NCBI GenBank assembly: GCA_963740315.1
Contig: CAVUDP010000002.1
Coordinates: forward strand, 896,001-960,000
Direction of reading: 5' to 3'
DNA from: an uncultured cyanobacterium
Lineage (GTDB): Bacteria > Cyanobacteriota > Cyanobacteriia > Cyanobacteriales > Nostocaceae
Length of the DNA: 64,000 nucleotides
Part shown: positions 40,719 through 51,456 of the stretch, piece by piece
Layout of the letters: every line of letters begins with the position of its first letter
Position numbering within the stretch: position 1 is the stretch's first letter
Notes under the pieces: model-generated
What the model saw: only the letters and a program-made list of their open reading frames with translations
Told to the model about the DNA's origin: nothing
Databases searched by the model: none
Made by a program: the position numbers and the translations under genes

Positions 40719-41153
40719 ATGAAAACATCAATACCGACTAGAGGACAAAGAGAGAGAGAACTTTCGCAACGCATTCAAGCTTTATATTCTAATCAATTAG
40801 GACACAGACCAACGAAAGTTACTTGTCAACTATTTGATAATTCTTTAGCGATTGTGATGGAAGATTCAATTACTCCAGCAGAACAACTATTAGTAAATCA
40901 AGGGCAAGAAGATTTAGCCGAACAAGTTCGTTCTGGTTTGGATGATGCAATAGAACCAAAACTTAAAGCGCTGGTTGAGGAAATTTTAGAAGTAAAAGTA
41001 TTAGATATAATGGGCGATGCAACTTTAGAAACTGGTAGGAGCGGTATTGTTATCGTGCTATCTGATACGCCGGAAGTTCGCAATCCAGATGCAATTCCTA
41101 AAGCAAAATCTAAAGCATTAAACGATCGCAATGGAGGTAATGCTTCTATTTAA
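40719..41153 (+). CDS. DUF2294 (MpsC-like) protein
   Basis: LGHRP.KV.C...ITPAEQLL motif. Confidence 0.8.
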   Translation: MKTSIPTRGQRERELSQRIQALYSNQLGHRPTKVTCQLFDNSLAIVMEDSITPAEQLLVNQGQEDLAEQVRSGLDDAIEPKLKALVEEILEVKVLDIMGDATLETGRSGIVIVLSDTPEVRNPDAIPKAKSKALNDRNGGNASI

Positions 41154-41323
41154 TAATTTTAATAACTATTACTGCTTGAAGGGTAATTAAATAGGTCAAT
41201 CAAAATCAATAAAAAGAAAATCTAATTACCCTTTATCAGTTGGGCTATTAACGCTCCGCAAGAAGGTATTTTACTTTATTAAATAAAATTAATAAATTAC
41301 GGCTGTCTTTAATAGGTATTACT

Positions 41324-41737
41324 ATGCATTCTCAAATTTCACACTCTCAATCTCAAAACTCGGAAGCAATTCTTTCCGAACGCATACAGTCTTTGTTTGT
41401 AAATCAGCTTGGACATAAACCTGAAGATGTCTGCTGCAACTTCTTGGAGAATAAGTTAACAATCGTAATTAGGAATGCTGTTACTAAACCCGAACAGTTA
41501 TTAATAGCAGCAGGTTATGAAGAAGTAGTTAGAAAAGCAAGAGGTCGTATTGAGGAGATTTTGCAACCTCAGTTTAAGGAAATAATTGAGGAAGTAACAA
41601 ATTCTCAAGTTACAAATATGCTTTTTGCCACTCATCTTGATAGTAATTATGTTAGTATTATTGCTTTATTTGCAGATAATTATCAGCTTTCTTCCAATGA
41701 AAAAGGGCAATCTAGTAAGGGTTCTGTTTCAAATTAA
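41324..41737 (+). CDS. DUF2294 (MpsC-like) protein, paralog
   Basis: LGHKPEDVCC...VTKPEQLL motif. Confidence 0.75.
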   Translation: MHSQISHSQSQNSEAILSERIQSLFVNQLGHKPEDVCCNFLENKLTIVIRNAVTKPEQLLIAAGYEEVVRKARGRIEEILQPQFKEIIEEVTNSQVTNMLFATHLDSNYVSIIALFADNYQLSSNEKGQSSKGSVSN

Positions 41738-42140
41738 GATAGCGGCAAATTAATTCTTCTATTTCCTCAAGCATATAAGGCTTGCTGATATAAGCATCAA
41801 AACCAGCTTCTAAAATCCGCTGTTTTTCCTCAACCCTTGCTAATGCTGTTACCGCAATTACAGGTATATGCTTTGTTGAGCTATCTTGCTTCAAACTATG
41901 AAACAAATCGATACCATTTGCTTCTGGCAACATGATATCTAATAATATTAAATGGGGTTGAGATTTTTGTGCAGTTAGCAGTGTTTTCTTACCATCAGCT
42001 TCCCCAATAAATCTACAGTTTAAAGAATCGACAACATAATTAATTATTAATAAATTATCTTCGTTATCTTCAACTGCCAAAACAAGAGGACGCTCCGAAA
42101 TGCACTGCTGTTCGCCAGATTCGTAAAGTTCCATTTGCAT
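41712..42140 (-). CDS. Single-domain response regulator (CheY/DivK-like)
   Basis: VEDNEDN, LILLDIMLP, AVTALA and YISKP motifs; ATG 42140 preferred over GTG 42212. Confidence 0.85.
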   Translation of the reverse strand: MQMELYESGEQQCISERPLVLAVEDNEDNLLIINYVVDSLNCRFIGEADGKKTLLTAQKSQPHLILLDIMLPEANGIDLFHSLKQDSSTKHIPVIAVTALARVEEKQRILEAGFDAYISKPYMLEEIEELICRYLNLKQNPY

Positions 42141-42546
42141 AGTCTGCTCCGTGCATAGTAAATTTATATACCTGCCGCCAGCACAGACGAGACTTTTCTC
42201 CAGCAGCCACAACGACGCTTTATAGTGGATGAATTGGCTCGTAGCTCGCCTTCTAGGTTAGTAATCCTTTGCTTAGTTTTAATTAAAAGGAAAGGAACTA
42301 TCTAAGCTGATACAATCAGAATATTACAGTAAATTATAAACAAAATTCTACCCTTTGAGGCGACAATTAAATAGTTTTCGCCCAAATTATAGTGTTAATA
42401 ACCAAATTTAATACATTTTGTCGTATTTTTTTTACATCCTACAAATTATAGTTCCATAATGCGATTTAGATAATTTTGCATGAGTTGCAAGACTTATTTG
42501 AAGTTGCTATTATTTCGACTATTATCTAACTACTTGCTTTTAGGAT

Positions 42547-42975
42547 TTAAGGCATTTCACATAAAGTCCAATACTTATTTAAGGTTGCCAAAGTTTTCGG
42601 CAAATTGAGTAAAAGCTACTGGTTTTAATAAATACCCCGCCACATTTAAATTATAAGCTTCAACTCTATCTTTATCTCGATCGGAAGTTGTCAGTATAAT
42701 TGCTGGTATTGATTTGAGATCGGAATCCGCTCTTAATTCGTACAGAAACTCTAATCCGCCCATTCTAGGCATATTCAAGTCTAGCAAAATGATTCTTCTA
42801 GTTGGGGGTATTATTGGAGAATTGCCATTTTCAGCAAGTAACATTGTAGAGCTTCAAGTCCATTAGATGCAACGTAAAGTGGATTTGTAATATTCTTTTT
42901 TTTGAATGTTTTAACATTCATCACATCCACTTCATCATCTTCTACCAGCAATACATTTAAAATTTTTTCCCCCAT
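42547..42975 (-). pseudogene. Rcp1-like response regulator with two frameshifts
   Basis: MGEKILNVLLVEDDEVD...NGLEAL, then ML...LLDLNMP...LLKPV, then TLATLNKYWTLCEMP*, joined by frameshifts near 42845 and 42595; intact paralog at 58386-58826. Confidence 0.8.
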
Positions 42976-43100
42976 ATTCCGTTCCAACTATAATTTTAAT
43001 GAATTGCTTTTTAACCTAAGTTATCAGTTATTAGTAATCAGTTACCAGTTACCAGTTATCAATTACCAATTACCGCAACATTTGTTTTTCAAAACATTCT

Positions 43101-45902
43101 TTACTTAAGCCAGGTAAACCGGAAAGTTGTGCCTTTTCCGACTTGAGATTCTAATGTAATCCTTCCTCCAAGTTCATCAACTATTCTTTTGACTATAGCA
43201 AGTCCGATACCAGTACTTTCTCGGCTGTCTCGTGCTTCTAAAGTTTGGAATATGACAAATATTTTGTCGTGATATTCTTCTGCAATTCCTTTACCGTCAT
43301 CTGCAACTACAAATTCGTAAAGTTCATCTTGTTCTTTAACGGAAATTGTTACTTTACCATCGGCACGATCGTGGTGTTTGATGGCATTACTAATTAAATT
43401 ACTAAAAACCTGTTGCAGAGGTATTCTTTCAGTAATAAAAATGGGCATTTCTCCAGTAATTTCGATGGTAAATTCGGAAGGAGGAGCAAGTGAGTCAATT
43501 ATTTCTTCTAGAAGTTGAGCAACGGCGACTGGGGAGGGTTGGGTTTTGATTCTACCGACGCGGGAATATTGCAAAAGCCCGTTAATCAAGGCTTCCATGC
43601 GATACACTCTACCGCGCAACAGGTTCATTTGCTTTTGTGTATCCGCAGTTAGCACCTGTTGCAAATCTTCCTCAATCCATTCCGATAAATTGGCGATCGC
43701 TCTTAAAGGTGCTTTTAAATCGTGGGAAGTAACGTAAGCAAACTGATCTAATTCTTGATTGCGTTTTTCTAATTCTTTAGTAGTTTGCAGCAGGATTAAA
43801 TTAATTTGAACTAATTCATCAGCTCTTGATTGTAAAATTGCTTCTGCTTGCTTGCGTTGGGTAACATCATTTAGCGTACCATAAACGGCAAGTTCTCCTT
43901 GAGGTGTCGTTTTCTCAATTGGAGCGTACATTTCTATCCAGCGAAAATTACCATCTTTAGTCAGGATACGAAATTCATATTGAAAATATTCTTGTTCCCT
44001 TGAAATTACCGATGCAAATAAAACGAATGCTCGAATTTTATCTTCTTGTGCGTACATACAGTCAGTAAAAGACTGATTCAAACTTTCTTCTACGCTAAAC
44101 CCAGTAATATCAGTCCACGCTATACTCAGAAAATCCCAACAACCTTGTTTATTTATCCGAAAAACAACTTCTTTGACGCTGTTAACTACATTACGATACA
44201 AACGCTCGCTTTTTTCTAAAGCTGTTTCCATGCGTTTGCGTTCGGTAACATTATCAAAAGCCACACCAACTAAGTTACCCGGTAAAGGAAAAGCTGTTAC
44301 CTCAAAAAAAGATTTAGCAATGCGATCGTCACCATAAGGAAATTCTCCTAAATGTTTAACTTGTTTGGATTTAACTACTTCAGCATAAGTTTCTAACTCT
44401 ATAATATGGTCTTCATCTAAAATCTTAGGAAAACATTCTTCTATCGGCTTACCTATATAATTTTGGATATCTAAACCTAACATTTGCGATGCAGCAGGAT
44501 TGGTAGTTACCAAATGAAAACTGGTGATGTCGTTTCGATCGTCCATCTGCCAAACACATAAACCAATTTGAATATTTTTGACTATATCTTCATAAATTTC
44601 AATTTCTGCTCTTGCTAATTGCTCGCTTTCAATTAACTCTTCTTTGCGCCGATTTGATGCTTCTAATTGCGCCGTGCGTCGCATAACTCGCGCTTCCAAC
44701 TCTTGATTTAAACGCACAATTTCTGCTTGCGCTGCAAAGCGATCGCTAATATCTTGGTGGGAACCAACCATACGAATAGCAACTCCTGCTCGATTCCACT
44801 GAGCCATACCGCGAGCTAAAATCCATTTATAGCTGCCATCTTTGCAACGTAAACGAAATTCAATTTCATATTTAGGAATTTCGTGGTTTAGGTATTTATT
44901 CCAAGTTGTTTCAGTACAGTCAATATCTTCTGGATGCAGTAAATTTCGCCATCCCTGATAGCTATTTTCTACTTCCGAATCGGTATAGCCCAGCATCTCT
45001 TTATATTGAGTAGAGAAAAAAGCTTTGTTATCGGCAATATTCCAATCAAAAATACCGTCTCCCGTACCCTGTAAAGCTAACTGCCAGCGTTCTTCGCTTT
45101 CTCTTAATCGCGCTTCTGCTTGCTTACGTTCGGTAATATTAACGCTGGTACCGACAATCCGATAAATTTGGCTTGTTTCGTCATGCAAAGGTGTTAAACT
45201 TGTCAACCACCAAGAATATTCTTCATTATGATTAAAATTTAAGCATTCTTCATAAGTAATGCTTTCCCCAACTGACAAGCAGCGATTGTAGCGTTCTTTG
45301 ACTGCCACTGCTATATTACTTGGGAGAACTTGTTCCGGAATTTTTCCTTCTATTTGCTGCGAGGTAATCCCCATTACCTTTTCAGTAACGGGGTTAATGC
45401 TTTTATAAATAAATTCGCCTTCTTTTGTAACATCAACAACAAAAATTGCTTCTGTTACCCCTTCATAAATACTGCGTAAAAACTGTTCCTTTTGATTTTT
45501 AGCTTGAATTTCTGCTTGCAGTTTCTCAGGTGTTGGTAAAGCGAGAATTTGGGGAATTAGATAAATTAAACCAATTGCGGTTATCAACGATACTATGGCA
45601 GTAATCGCTCTAATGTACCCCGAAAACCAGTAATCCGGATGCCATAAAGTCCAAATATCTACCAAATGTCCGCTACCGCAAAAAATGATGAAAGCAGCAG
45701 ATAGCCAGAAAATCTGGTTAAAGGGAATATCTGCTCGCTTGCGAAGGATATATACAAGAGTTATCGGAATAGAAAAATAAGATAAGGCAATAACAGCGTC
45801 GCTGACTAAATGCAGTCCCACCAATCCCGGCTTCCACAGGTAGCAGGTACCGTGGGGCATTAAGGAAACAGTAGCTAAATAGTTCGCTGTCACAATAAGC
45901 AT
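43101..45902 (-). CDS. Multi-PAS sensor histidine kinase with an N-terminal ethylene-receptor-type membrane domain
   Basis: SDAVIALSYFSIP and FIIFCGSGH; several PAS/PAC domains; SHDLKAPL H-box; N, G1 and G2 boxes. Confidence 0.9.
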   Translation of the reverse strand: MLIVTANYLATVSLMPHGTCYLWKPGLVGLHLVSDAVIALSYFSIPITLVYILRKRADIPFNQIFWLSAAFIIFCGSGHLVDIWTLWHPDYWFSGYIRAITAIVSLITAIGLIYLIPQILALPTPEKLQAEIQAKNQKEQFLRSIYEGVTEAIFVVDVTKEGEFIYKSINPVTEKVMGITSQQIEGKIPEQVLPSNIAVAVKERYNRCLSVGESITYEECLNFNHNEEYSWWLTSLTPLHDETSQIYRIVGTSVNITERKQAEARLRESEERWQLALQGTGDGIFDWNIADNKAFFSTQYKEMLGYTDSEVENSYQGWRNLLHPEDIDCTETTWNKYLNHEIPKYEIEFRLRCKDGSYKWILARGMAQWNRAGVAIRMVGSHQDISDRFAAQAEIVRLNQELEARVMRRTAQLEASNRRKEELIESEQLARAEIEIYEDIVKNIQIGLCVWQMDDRNDITSFHLVTTNPAASQMLGLDIQNYIGKPIEECFPKILDEDHIIELETYAEVVKSKQVKHLGEFPYGDDRIAKSFFEVTAFPLPGNLVGVAFDNVTERKRMETALEKSERLYRNVVNSVKEVVFRINKQGCWDFLSIAWTDITGFSVEESLNQSFTDCMYAQEDKIRAFVLFASVISREQEYFQYEFRILTKDGNFRWIEMYAPIEKTTPQGELAVYGTLNDVTQRKQAEAILQSRADELVQINLILLQTTKELEKRNQELDQFAYVTSHDLKAPLRAIANLSEWIEEDLQQVLTADTQKQMNLLRGRVYRMEALINGLLQYSRVGRIKTQPSPVAVAQLLEEIIDSLAPPSEFTIEITGEMPIFITERIPLQQVFSNLISNAIKHHDRADGKVTISVKEQDELYEFVVADDGKGIAEEYHDKIFVIFQTLEARDSRESTGIGLAIVKRIVDELGGRITLESQVGKGTTFRFTWLK

Positions 45903-46351
45903 TTTTGACCAAAATATTATGTAGATATTTATATTTTTAACTATTTTTCACTCTATGCCAAAGTTATTTAACACAACGCCGCATCTATTTTCTACCCTAA
46001 GTGTGAATCAAGAAACCCGGTTTTTTAAAAAACTGAGTGAAATGTTTAATGGATGCACAAGTACTTGTAGATTTGTTGCTCCACAACAAAACAATTACTA
46101 AAAATATGATTAATAAATGTTAATTTTAAAAATATTTTTTAAAGGAAAATACAAAAAACTCAACATACCTTTCTAAAGGAAGATGCCGTCATTTATCTTT
46201 TAATAGAGGCTAATTGCGACTGTAGAGTGATGTGGGACAAGGCAACTTTGACTTATAAATTAAGAAGGTGGACTTATCATTGATTCACGTTTAAATCAAC
46301 GAAACAGAAGACCAAAACTTAATTATTATTTAATATGTTAAAGGTAGAAAA

Positions 46352-46591
46352 ATGTTAATTATGAGTTACGAACATCGGCATAAATTAAGTGAAAATGATA
46401 AATCCAATCATAATTTTTGGGAAGATAATAATATGACTAATATATTAGGTCATCCCGTGAAGCGGACTATTCGCGATAAAGAAGGTAATATTATCCTGAA
46501 TGTGGGAGATATTATTGGTTTTCAGGCATTAGAGCAAATCAAGCAAGCCGATCTTCTCGATTCTTTATTTCGCTCCGTTTATCGCAAGTAA
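46352..46591 (+). CDS. Small hypothetical protein resembling the C-terminal module of cyanobacterial PRC-barrel proteins
   Basis: LGHPVKRTI.D..GNIILNVG.II...QADLLDSL motif. Confidence 0.55.
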   Translation: MLIMSYEHRHKLSENDKSNHNFWEDNNMTNILGHPVKRTIRDKEGNIILNVGDIIGFQALEQIKQADLLDSLFRSVYRK

Positions 46592-46743
46592 TTGCACTTA
46601 ATTTATTTATTATTTTATTTATATTTAAAGCTCGGTCAAAAATAAGTCAAATTGTATATGTTAACTTTGCGGATTCATGCAACAGTACGGTAGAGATTGA
46701 ATCATGATTACTGCAAACGGAAATAGTAAATTAAATTACTAAA

Positions 46744-47757
46744 ATGTCGATATTACCTTGGGTAGCGATGCTTCTTGCTTCTGTATACGCAGCCCATTGG
46801 GGAGCAGACAAAATCGCTGAACCCTTACAGAAACTAAGGCAACAGTGGGGACTTTCCGAAGCAGCAGGTGCGGCATTTGTTGCTTTCGCTACCGCTAGCC
46901 CCGAAATTGGCACCAATACTACCAGCGCGATTCGCGGCTTTTCTGATATTGGATTGGGAAACTTATTAGGAAGCAATATTATATCCGTTCCCGCAATTGT
47001 CACGGTTGCTTATATAGCTTCATGGCGGCGCAATAGAGGAAAATCCCGAAATAATAATAATTCAAATAATAATTCGACATCTCCGAAAGCTTTAAAAGTT
47101 AAGTCAGAAGCATTATACGTACAGGCAATACCTTATTTATTAATAGTTGCTTTAGCTGCATTGCTTACTCTACCCAAGCCTTGGCGAGGTTTACAGCCCA
47201 TCGATGCTTGGATAATGTTGGCTGCTTATGTAATTTATTTAGCTAATGCAATATTGCGTAAACGCAAACAAGGCGATGAAGTTGAATGGAATCGCAAAGA
47301 AGTAGTTACCGCTGCGATCGGAGTTATTTTGCTGATTTTTGGAGCTTATTTTACTGTAACGGCGACAGAAAAAATAGTTTCTAATCTAGGGATTTCCAGA
47401 GTCATTGGCGGTTTATTTATAACAGCAACCTTAAGTATTGTTCCGGAAGTATTCGCAACTTGGAGCGTCGCCAGTAGCGGACAGCTAACCGCCGCCACCA
47501 CCAGCGTCATTGCCGATAATACAGCAACCATGACTCTTGCATTCTTTCCTTTAGCTCTTGTTACCTTACCCGTCGAAAATTTACTGCTGTACTCGGTTAA
47601 TTTAGGATTCGTCGCATTACTGGGATCGATCTATGCAGCATTTCTTTATTGGGGAAAACCAAATTATAGTTTTTCTCTTAAAGAAGTTTTGATACTTAAT
47701 GGCGTATACGTGGTTTATCTCGCCGTAATGGTATTTGGTGTTTTGAAAGTAGTTTAG
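46744..47757 (+). CDS. Sodium:calcium antiporter (CaCA family)
   Basis: ATASPE..GNLLGSNI alpha-1 repeat and SIVPE alpha-2 repeat; many TM segments. Confidence 0.85.
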   Translation: MSILPWVAMLLASVYAAHWGADKIAEPLQKLRQQWGLSEAAGAAFVAFATASPEIGTNTTSAIRGFSDIGLGNLLGSNIISVPAIVTVAYIASWRRNRGKSRNNNNSNNNSTSPKALKVKSEALYVQAIPYLLIVALAALLTLPKPWRGLQPIDAWIMLAAYVIYLANAILRKRKQGDEVEWNRKEVVTAAIGVILLIFGAYFTVTATEKIVSNLGISRVIGGLFITATLSIVPEVFATWSVASSGQLTAATTSVIADNTATMTLAFFPLALVTLPVENLLLYSVNLGFVALLGSIYAAFLYWGKPNYSFSLKEVLILNGVYVVYLAVMVFGVLKVV

Positions 47758-47805
47758 GGAAAGTTAGGAGTGAGGAGTGAGGAGTTAGAAATTCTAATTA
47801 AATTT

Positions 47806-47879
47806 TAACCTTCAACATGCAGACCTTTAACCTTTGACATGCAGACCTTTAACCTTCAACATGCATACCTTTAACCTTA
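47806..47879. repeat. Tandem 22-bp repeat (TAACCTTCAACATGCAGACCTT)
   Basis: About three copies; reverse complement of the trkH-end repeat. Confidence 0.8.
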
Positions 47880-47973
47880 AAAAACTGAATCTATTGGTTG
47901 ATTTCGCTTCGATCGATACAGCTTATCTTGAACTTAGTTAAACATTTATTCCAGGGTAAATCTATAAAGCTTT

Positions 47974-48774
47974 ATGAAAGACTTAAAAGGAAAGAACGTC
48001 ATTATTACGGGTGCTGGTACGGGAATTGCAAGAGCGATCGCCATTCGTTTTGCTCAAGAAGGGGCGAATATTGCTCTAAGTTATTACACGCAAAAATCAG
48101 AAGATACCGAAGAAATGATGCTTCAAGAGCAAACTAGCCTGCAAATAGAAAATTATGGCGCTAAGCATTTGGTGATTCAAACTGATATTTCTCAGGAAAA
48201 AGATGTAATAGATATGTTCTCTAAGACTATAGAGAATTTTGGTGGTGTAGATATCTTAATTAACAACGCTAGTATTCAAGCGAATGGTGCTTCTTCTCAC
48301 GAAATAGATATATCAGAATTTGACCGTATTATTGCTGTAAATCTTAGAGGCACTTATATTTGCGCCCGCGAAGCTATCAAGCACTTTTTAGAAACAAGCC
48401 ACGGTGGTGTAATCATCAATAATTCCAGCGTTCACGAACTGATTCCCAAACCTTATTTTGCAGCGTATTCCGCAAGTAAAGGAGGTATGGAAAACTTAAC
48501 GCGCACGCTTGCTTTAGAATACGCACATCTTGGAATCCGAATTAACTCCATAGCACCAGGTACTACAGCTACACCCATCAACCCTTGGGCTTCCTCACCC
48601 GACGAAAAAGCCAAAGTTGAACAACATATACCCATGCGTCGCACCGGAACACCCGAAGAAATGGCTGCTGTTGTAGCGTTTCTCGCCTCCTCCGAAGCCT
48701 CTTACATCACCGGACAAACTATATTTGTAGACGGTGGATTAACTTTACATCCAGATTTTCATCAGCCTTCATAA
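47974..48774 (+). CDS. SDR oxidoreductase, glucose 1-dehydrogenase-like
   Basis: TGAGTGIA, NNA, SSVHE..P, YSASK and DGG motifs. Confidence 0.9.
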   Translation: MKDLKGKNVIITGAGTGIARAIAIRFAQEGANIALSYYTQKSEDTEEMMLQEQTSLQIENYGAKHLVIQTDISQEKDVIDMFSKTIENFGGVDILINNASIQANGASSHEIDISEFDRIIAVNLRGTYICAREAIKHFLETSHGGVIINNSSVHELIPKPYFAAYSASKGGMENLTRTLALEYAHLGIRINSIAPGTTATPINPWASSPDEKAKVEQHIPMRRTGTPEEMAAVVAFLASSEASYITGQTIFVDGGLTLHPDFHQPS

Positions 48775-49013
48775 ACAGGTTAAAGGTCTGCATGTTAAAG
48801 GTTAAAGTTGAATTTATAAGTGGTAACTGCTAACTGGTAACTTGTAATTTCATCCAAATTATCTATATCTATTTATATAGATAATTGCAAAAAAAGGTTT
48901 CTCATGATGGATGGATAGCACGAAGATAATCGCTAAGATAGTAGATAAGAAAGTAAAAAACAAATAAATAACCAGTTTTTTGGTTAATTATAAAAAAAAT
49001 AAAGGAGTCAACT

Positions 49014-49196
49014 ATGAGCGCTGAAGATAAAGCAAAAGCTGCTGCTAAAAACATTGAAGGTAAAGCTCAAGAAGCAATGGGCAATGTAACTGGCGATCCC
49101 GAAGACCAAGCAAAAGGAAAAGCGAAGCAAGGTGAAGCTGAAGCTCGTCAAGGCGTTGAAGATGCGAAAGATAAAGTTAAGAAAGCAATTGACTAA
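49014..49196 (+). CDS. csbD: CsbD family stress protein
   Basis: GKAQEAMGNVTGD...GKAKQ motif; AGGAG RBS. Confidence 0.9.
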   Translation: MSAEDKAKAAAKNIEGKAQEAMGNVTGDPEDQAKGKAKQGEAEARQGVEDAKDKVKKAID

Positions 49197-49278
49197 TTGA
49201 TTTTTAACGATTATTCAATAGGTGCATACCATCCCGTTTAGCAGATTAGTATTTCTGTTATGGGTAAATTGAGTTTTT

Positions 49279-49318
49279 ATAATTCAGGAGTTAGAATTTT
49301 ATCTAACTCCTGAATTAT
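49279..49318. terminator. Perfect 17-bp inverted repeat downstream of csbD
   Basis: ATAATTCAGGAGTTAGA / TCTAACTCCTGAATTAT. Confidence 0.55.
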
Positions 49319-49557
49319 AGTATTTAGAGTTATCAAAAAGGTAATGGGAAAAGGGGAACAGTGGTAAAAGAAAATACTAATAAGTAGTTTTAAGGTTATT
49401 TTAAAAGTTTTTAAATTATCAAATATTAAAATTATAAATCCAAAACCTGAAATCTATTTGACAAGTGACAACAGAAAGTGTGAGAATTTTTATTAATTTC
49501 TGATTGAAATATATCTGGATTGTTAACTAATTTTTTGTTCAAATTTGGACTGTAACA

Positions 49558-49782
49558 ATGAATATTTCTTTTAACTACGTTTTAGCAGAGCTAATTGACA
49601 ATAGTTATGGTAGGACTGACTACTATATGTCTCTAACAGGGATAGTTGTTGTAGGCTTTATTGCCGCCGTTACCATAGGCTCTGTTGCTTGGTATAATTC
49701 CAAACGTCCTGTAGGTTGGGAAAATAAAGAACGTCCTGATATTGTTCCTGATATTGAGAAGTCAAAAAATCCTGGTTTGTAG
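49558..49782 (+). CDS. psb35: Photosystem II assembly protein Psb35-like single-TM protein
   Basis: GFIAAVTIGSVAWYNSKRPVGWE.KERP motif. Confidence 0.7.
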   Translation: MNISFNYVLAELIDNSYGRTDYYMSLTGIVVVGFIAAVTIGSVAWYNSKRPVGWENKERPDIVPDIEKSKNPGL

Positions 49783-49904
49783 TATTTCAACTGCAATTCA
49801 ATTAATAATTTCTCTATAGCATTCCTAAATCCTAAAGCGATCGAGAAACCCGATATTATTTAATAAATACCGGGTTTCTCAACAAATAATTTATTTGGGC
49901 TTCT

Positions 49905-50465
49905 TTAGAAGTTGTACCCTACACCCAAGAGTAATCCAACATCGGCGTTATCAGAAAAGCCAATATTAACGCTTCCGGTAGCGGTGATTTTATCGGAAAC
50001 GGGAACGTCAACTCCTCCAGTAACTAAGAAGCCAACATCAGCATCGTTGTCAGTATTAATTGATACGCCAGCACCCACATAAGGCGCGACGCTAATTCTT
50101 TGGACTCCAGTATCTGTAATATCATCAACGGGAAAGTCAATTGTTACGGGAATAAAGAATACTGGATCGTCATTAATCATCGCAGATGGGCGAATGGAAA
50201 AGTTTCTACTTAAACCAATTTTGCTCATTACTGAAAAAGAACTATCGCCTAATGTACTATTGTCATCAAATCCGATAAATCCACCGACTCCAATGTAACT
50301 AGGACCAGAACGAGTGGCTGTACCGGGTGTGAATTGTGCAACTTTTTGTGTTTGGGATTGTGCTTGAATTTGAGGGGTTTCTGCTTGGGCTTTTCCTCCG
50401 CCAAAAGCAAAGATAGCAGCACCAACGCTAGCAATGGAACAAGCTGTGATTTTTCTAAAGTTCAT
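49905..50465 (-). CDS. Small outer-membrane beta-barrel protein
   Basis: Signal peptide; SYIGVGG, APYVGAG and TGGVDVP strands; C-terminal GVGYNF. Confidence 0.75.
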   Translation of the reverse strand: MNFRKITACSIASVGAAIFAFGGGKAQAETPQIQAQSQTQKVAQFTPGTATRSGPSYIGVGGFIGFDDNSTLGDSSFSVMSKIGLSRNFSIRPSAMINDDPVFFIPVTIDFPVDDITDTGVQRISVAPYVGAGVSINTDNDADVGFLVTGGVDVPVSDKITATGSVNIGFSDNADVGLLLGVGYNF

Positions 50466-50589
50466 GGTTTTCTCTGTTAAATTGCGAACTACTTTAAGTA
50501 AAAAAGTAAAATGACTATTGAATGAATCAAGTAGTGGTACCCTGTCCGGTTAAAAATTTATCTTTAAAACTAAAACTCCTTCAAGAGAA

Positions 50590-51005
50590 TTAATTAAGTG
50601 AGCTTAACATAAAACGATCGACGCAGTTCTGAGAAAGTGAAACTTCATCAAAATTTGAAGATATTAAATGATAAGCTTTAGGTGAATAATATATTTCCCA
50701 ATCCTGAATAGCTAAATAGTTAAATATGGATTCAACCTGCTTAACTTGCGGTTCTGTAGTTTTTATTACTAATAGATATTTACCGTCTTGAAGACAATTT
50801 ATATAAAAATCAATTCTCTCCAGGGAAATTTCTAAATCCTCTAAAATATCACCAAAACATTGGTTTTACGAGGTACGAGCCGATAGAGTTGATGGATTGA
50901 AAAGCCTTGATGGTTCAAGTTTAGAGTTAGCAGTTCAATATTATTTTTATCTGAAACTACAGCGATCGTGTGTTTTGTGTTACCTGAAAAAATAGCTTTT
51001 GCCAC
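50590..51005 (-). pseudogene. Frameshifted general-stress-protein (DUF1269/17M-like) homolog
   Basis: Pieces KHTIAVVSDKNNIE...GFSIHQL, ILEDLEISLERIDFY...GKYLLVI and TEPQVKQVESIF...IQDWEIY lie in different frames and resemble this cyanobacterial family. Confidence 0.5.
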
Positions 51006-51456
51006 CTTATTTATTTACTAATTTTATTCAAATTAATATTTAACATTCTTCTATAATATTTCATTTGAGCTAGTTAATGCTTCAGTCTAAAGAACAAGCT
51101 TAAAATCAGCCCTAAGAAAGAAATATCTTAATAAACAGTAATATTTGTTACAGCAATCAATGTTTATTTAAATTTAGTTGATTTTTTTTATGTACTTGCC
51201 TTTTTAACGAGCAAACAACAATTTAAATATTTGCTTTAAATTATTAACATAATTACTATGCTTAAAAAGCAGTTTACCCTCAACTTAGAAGCGAGTTAAA
51301 GGTCTGCATGTTAAAGGTTAGGAGTTAAAAATTAGGAGTTGGATAAAGCAAAGGTGGTGAAGGGAGTTCTGAAGCAGCTCCTACTCTCTAATATTTGACT
51401 ATAAAATTTACAACTATACCTAATAGTCGATTGCATTAATTTTGAAGGGCAATAAG

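Noticed and set aside
42902..43108. 68-aa plus-strand ORF
   Set aside because: Antisense to the RR pseudogene and partly built from heptamer repeats.
47806..47879. 22-bp repeats as a CRISPR array
   Set aside because: Head-to-tail tandem units without unique spacers; part of a dispersed repeat family.
51138..51151. NtcA-like site GTA-N8-TAC
   Set aside because: A single match is expected by chance in AT-rich DNA, and no nitrogen-related intact gene is adjacent.
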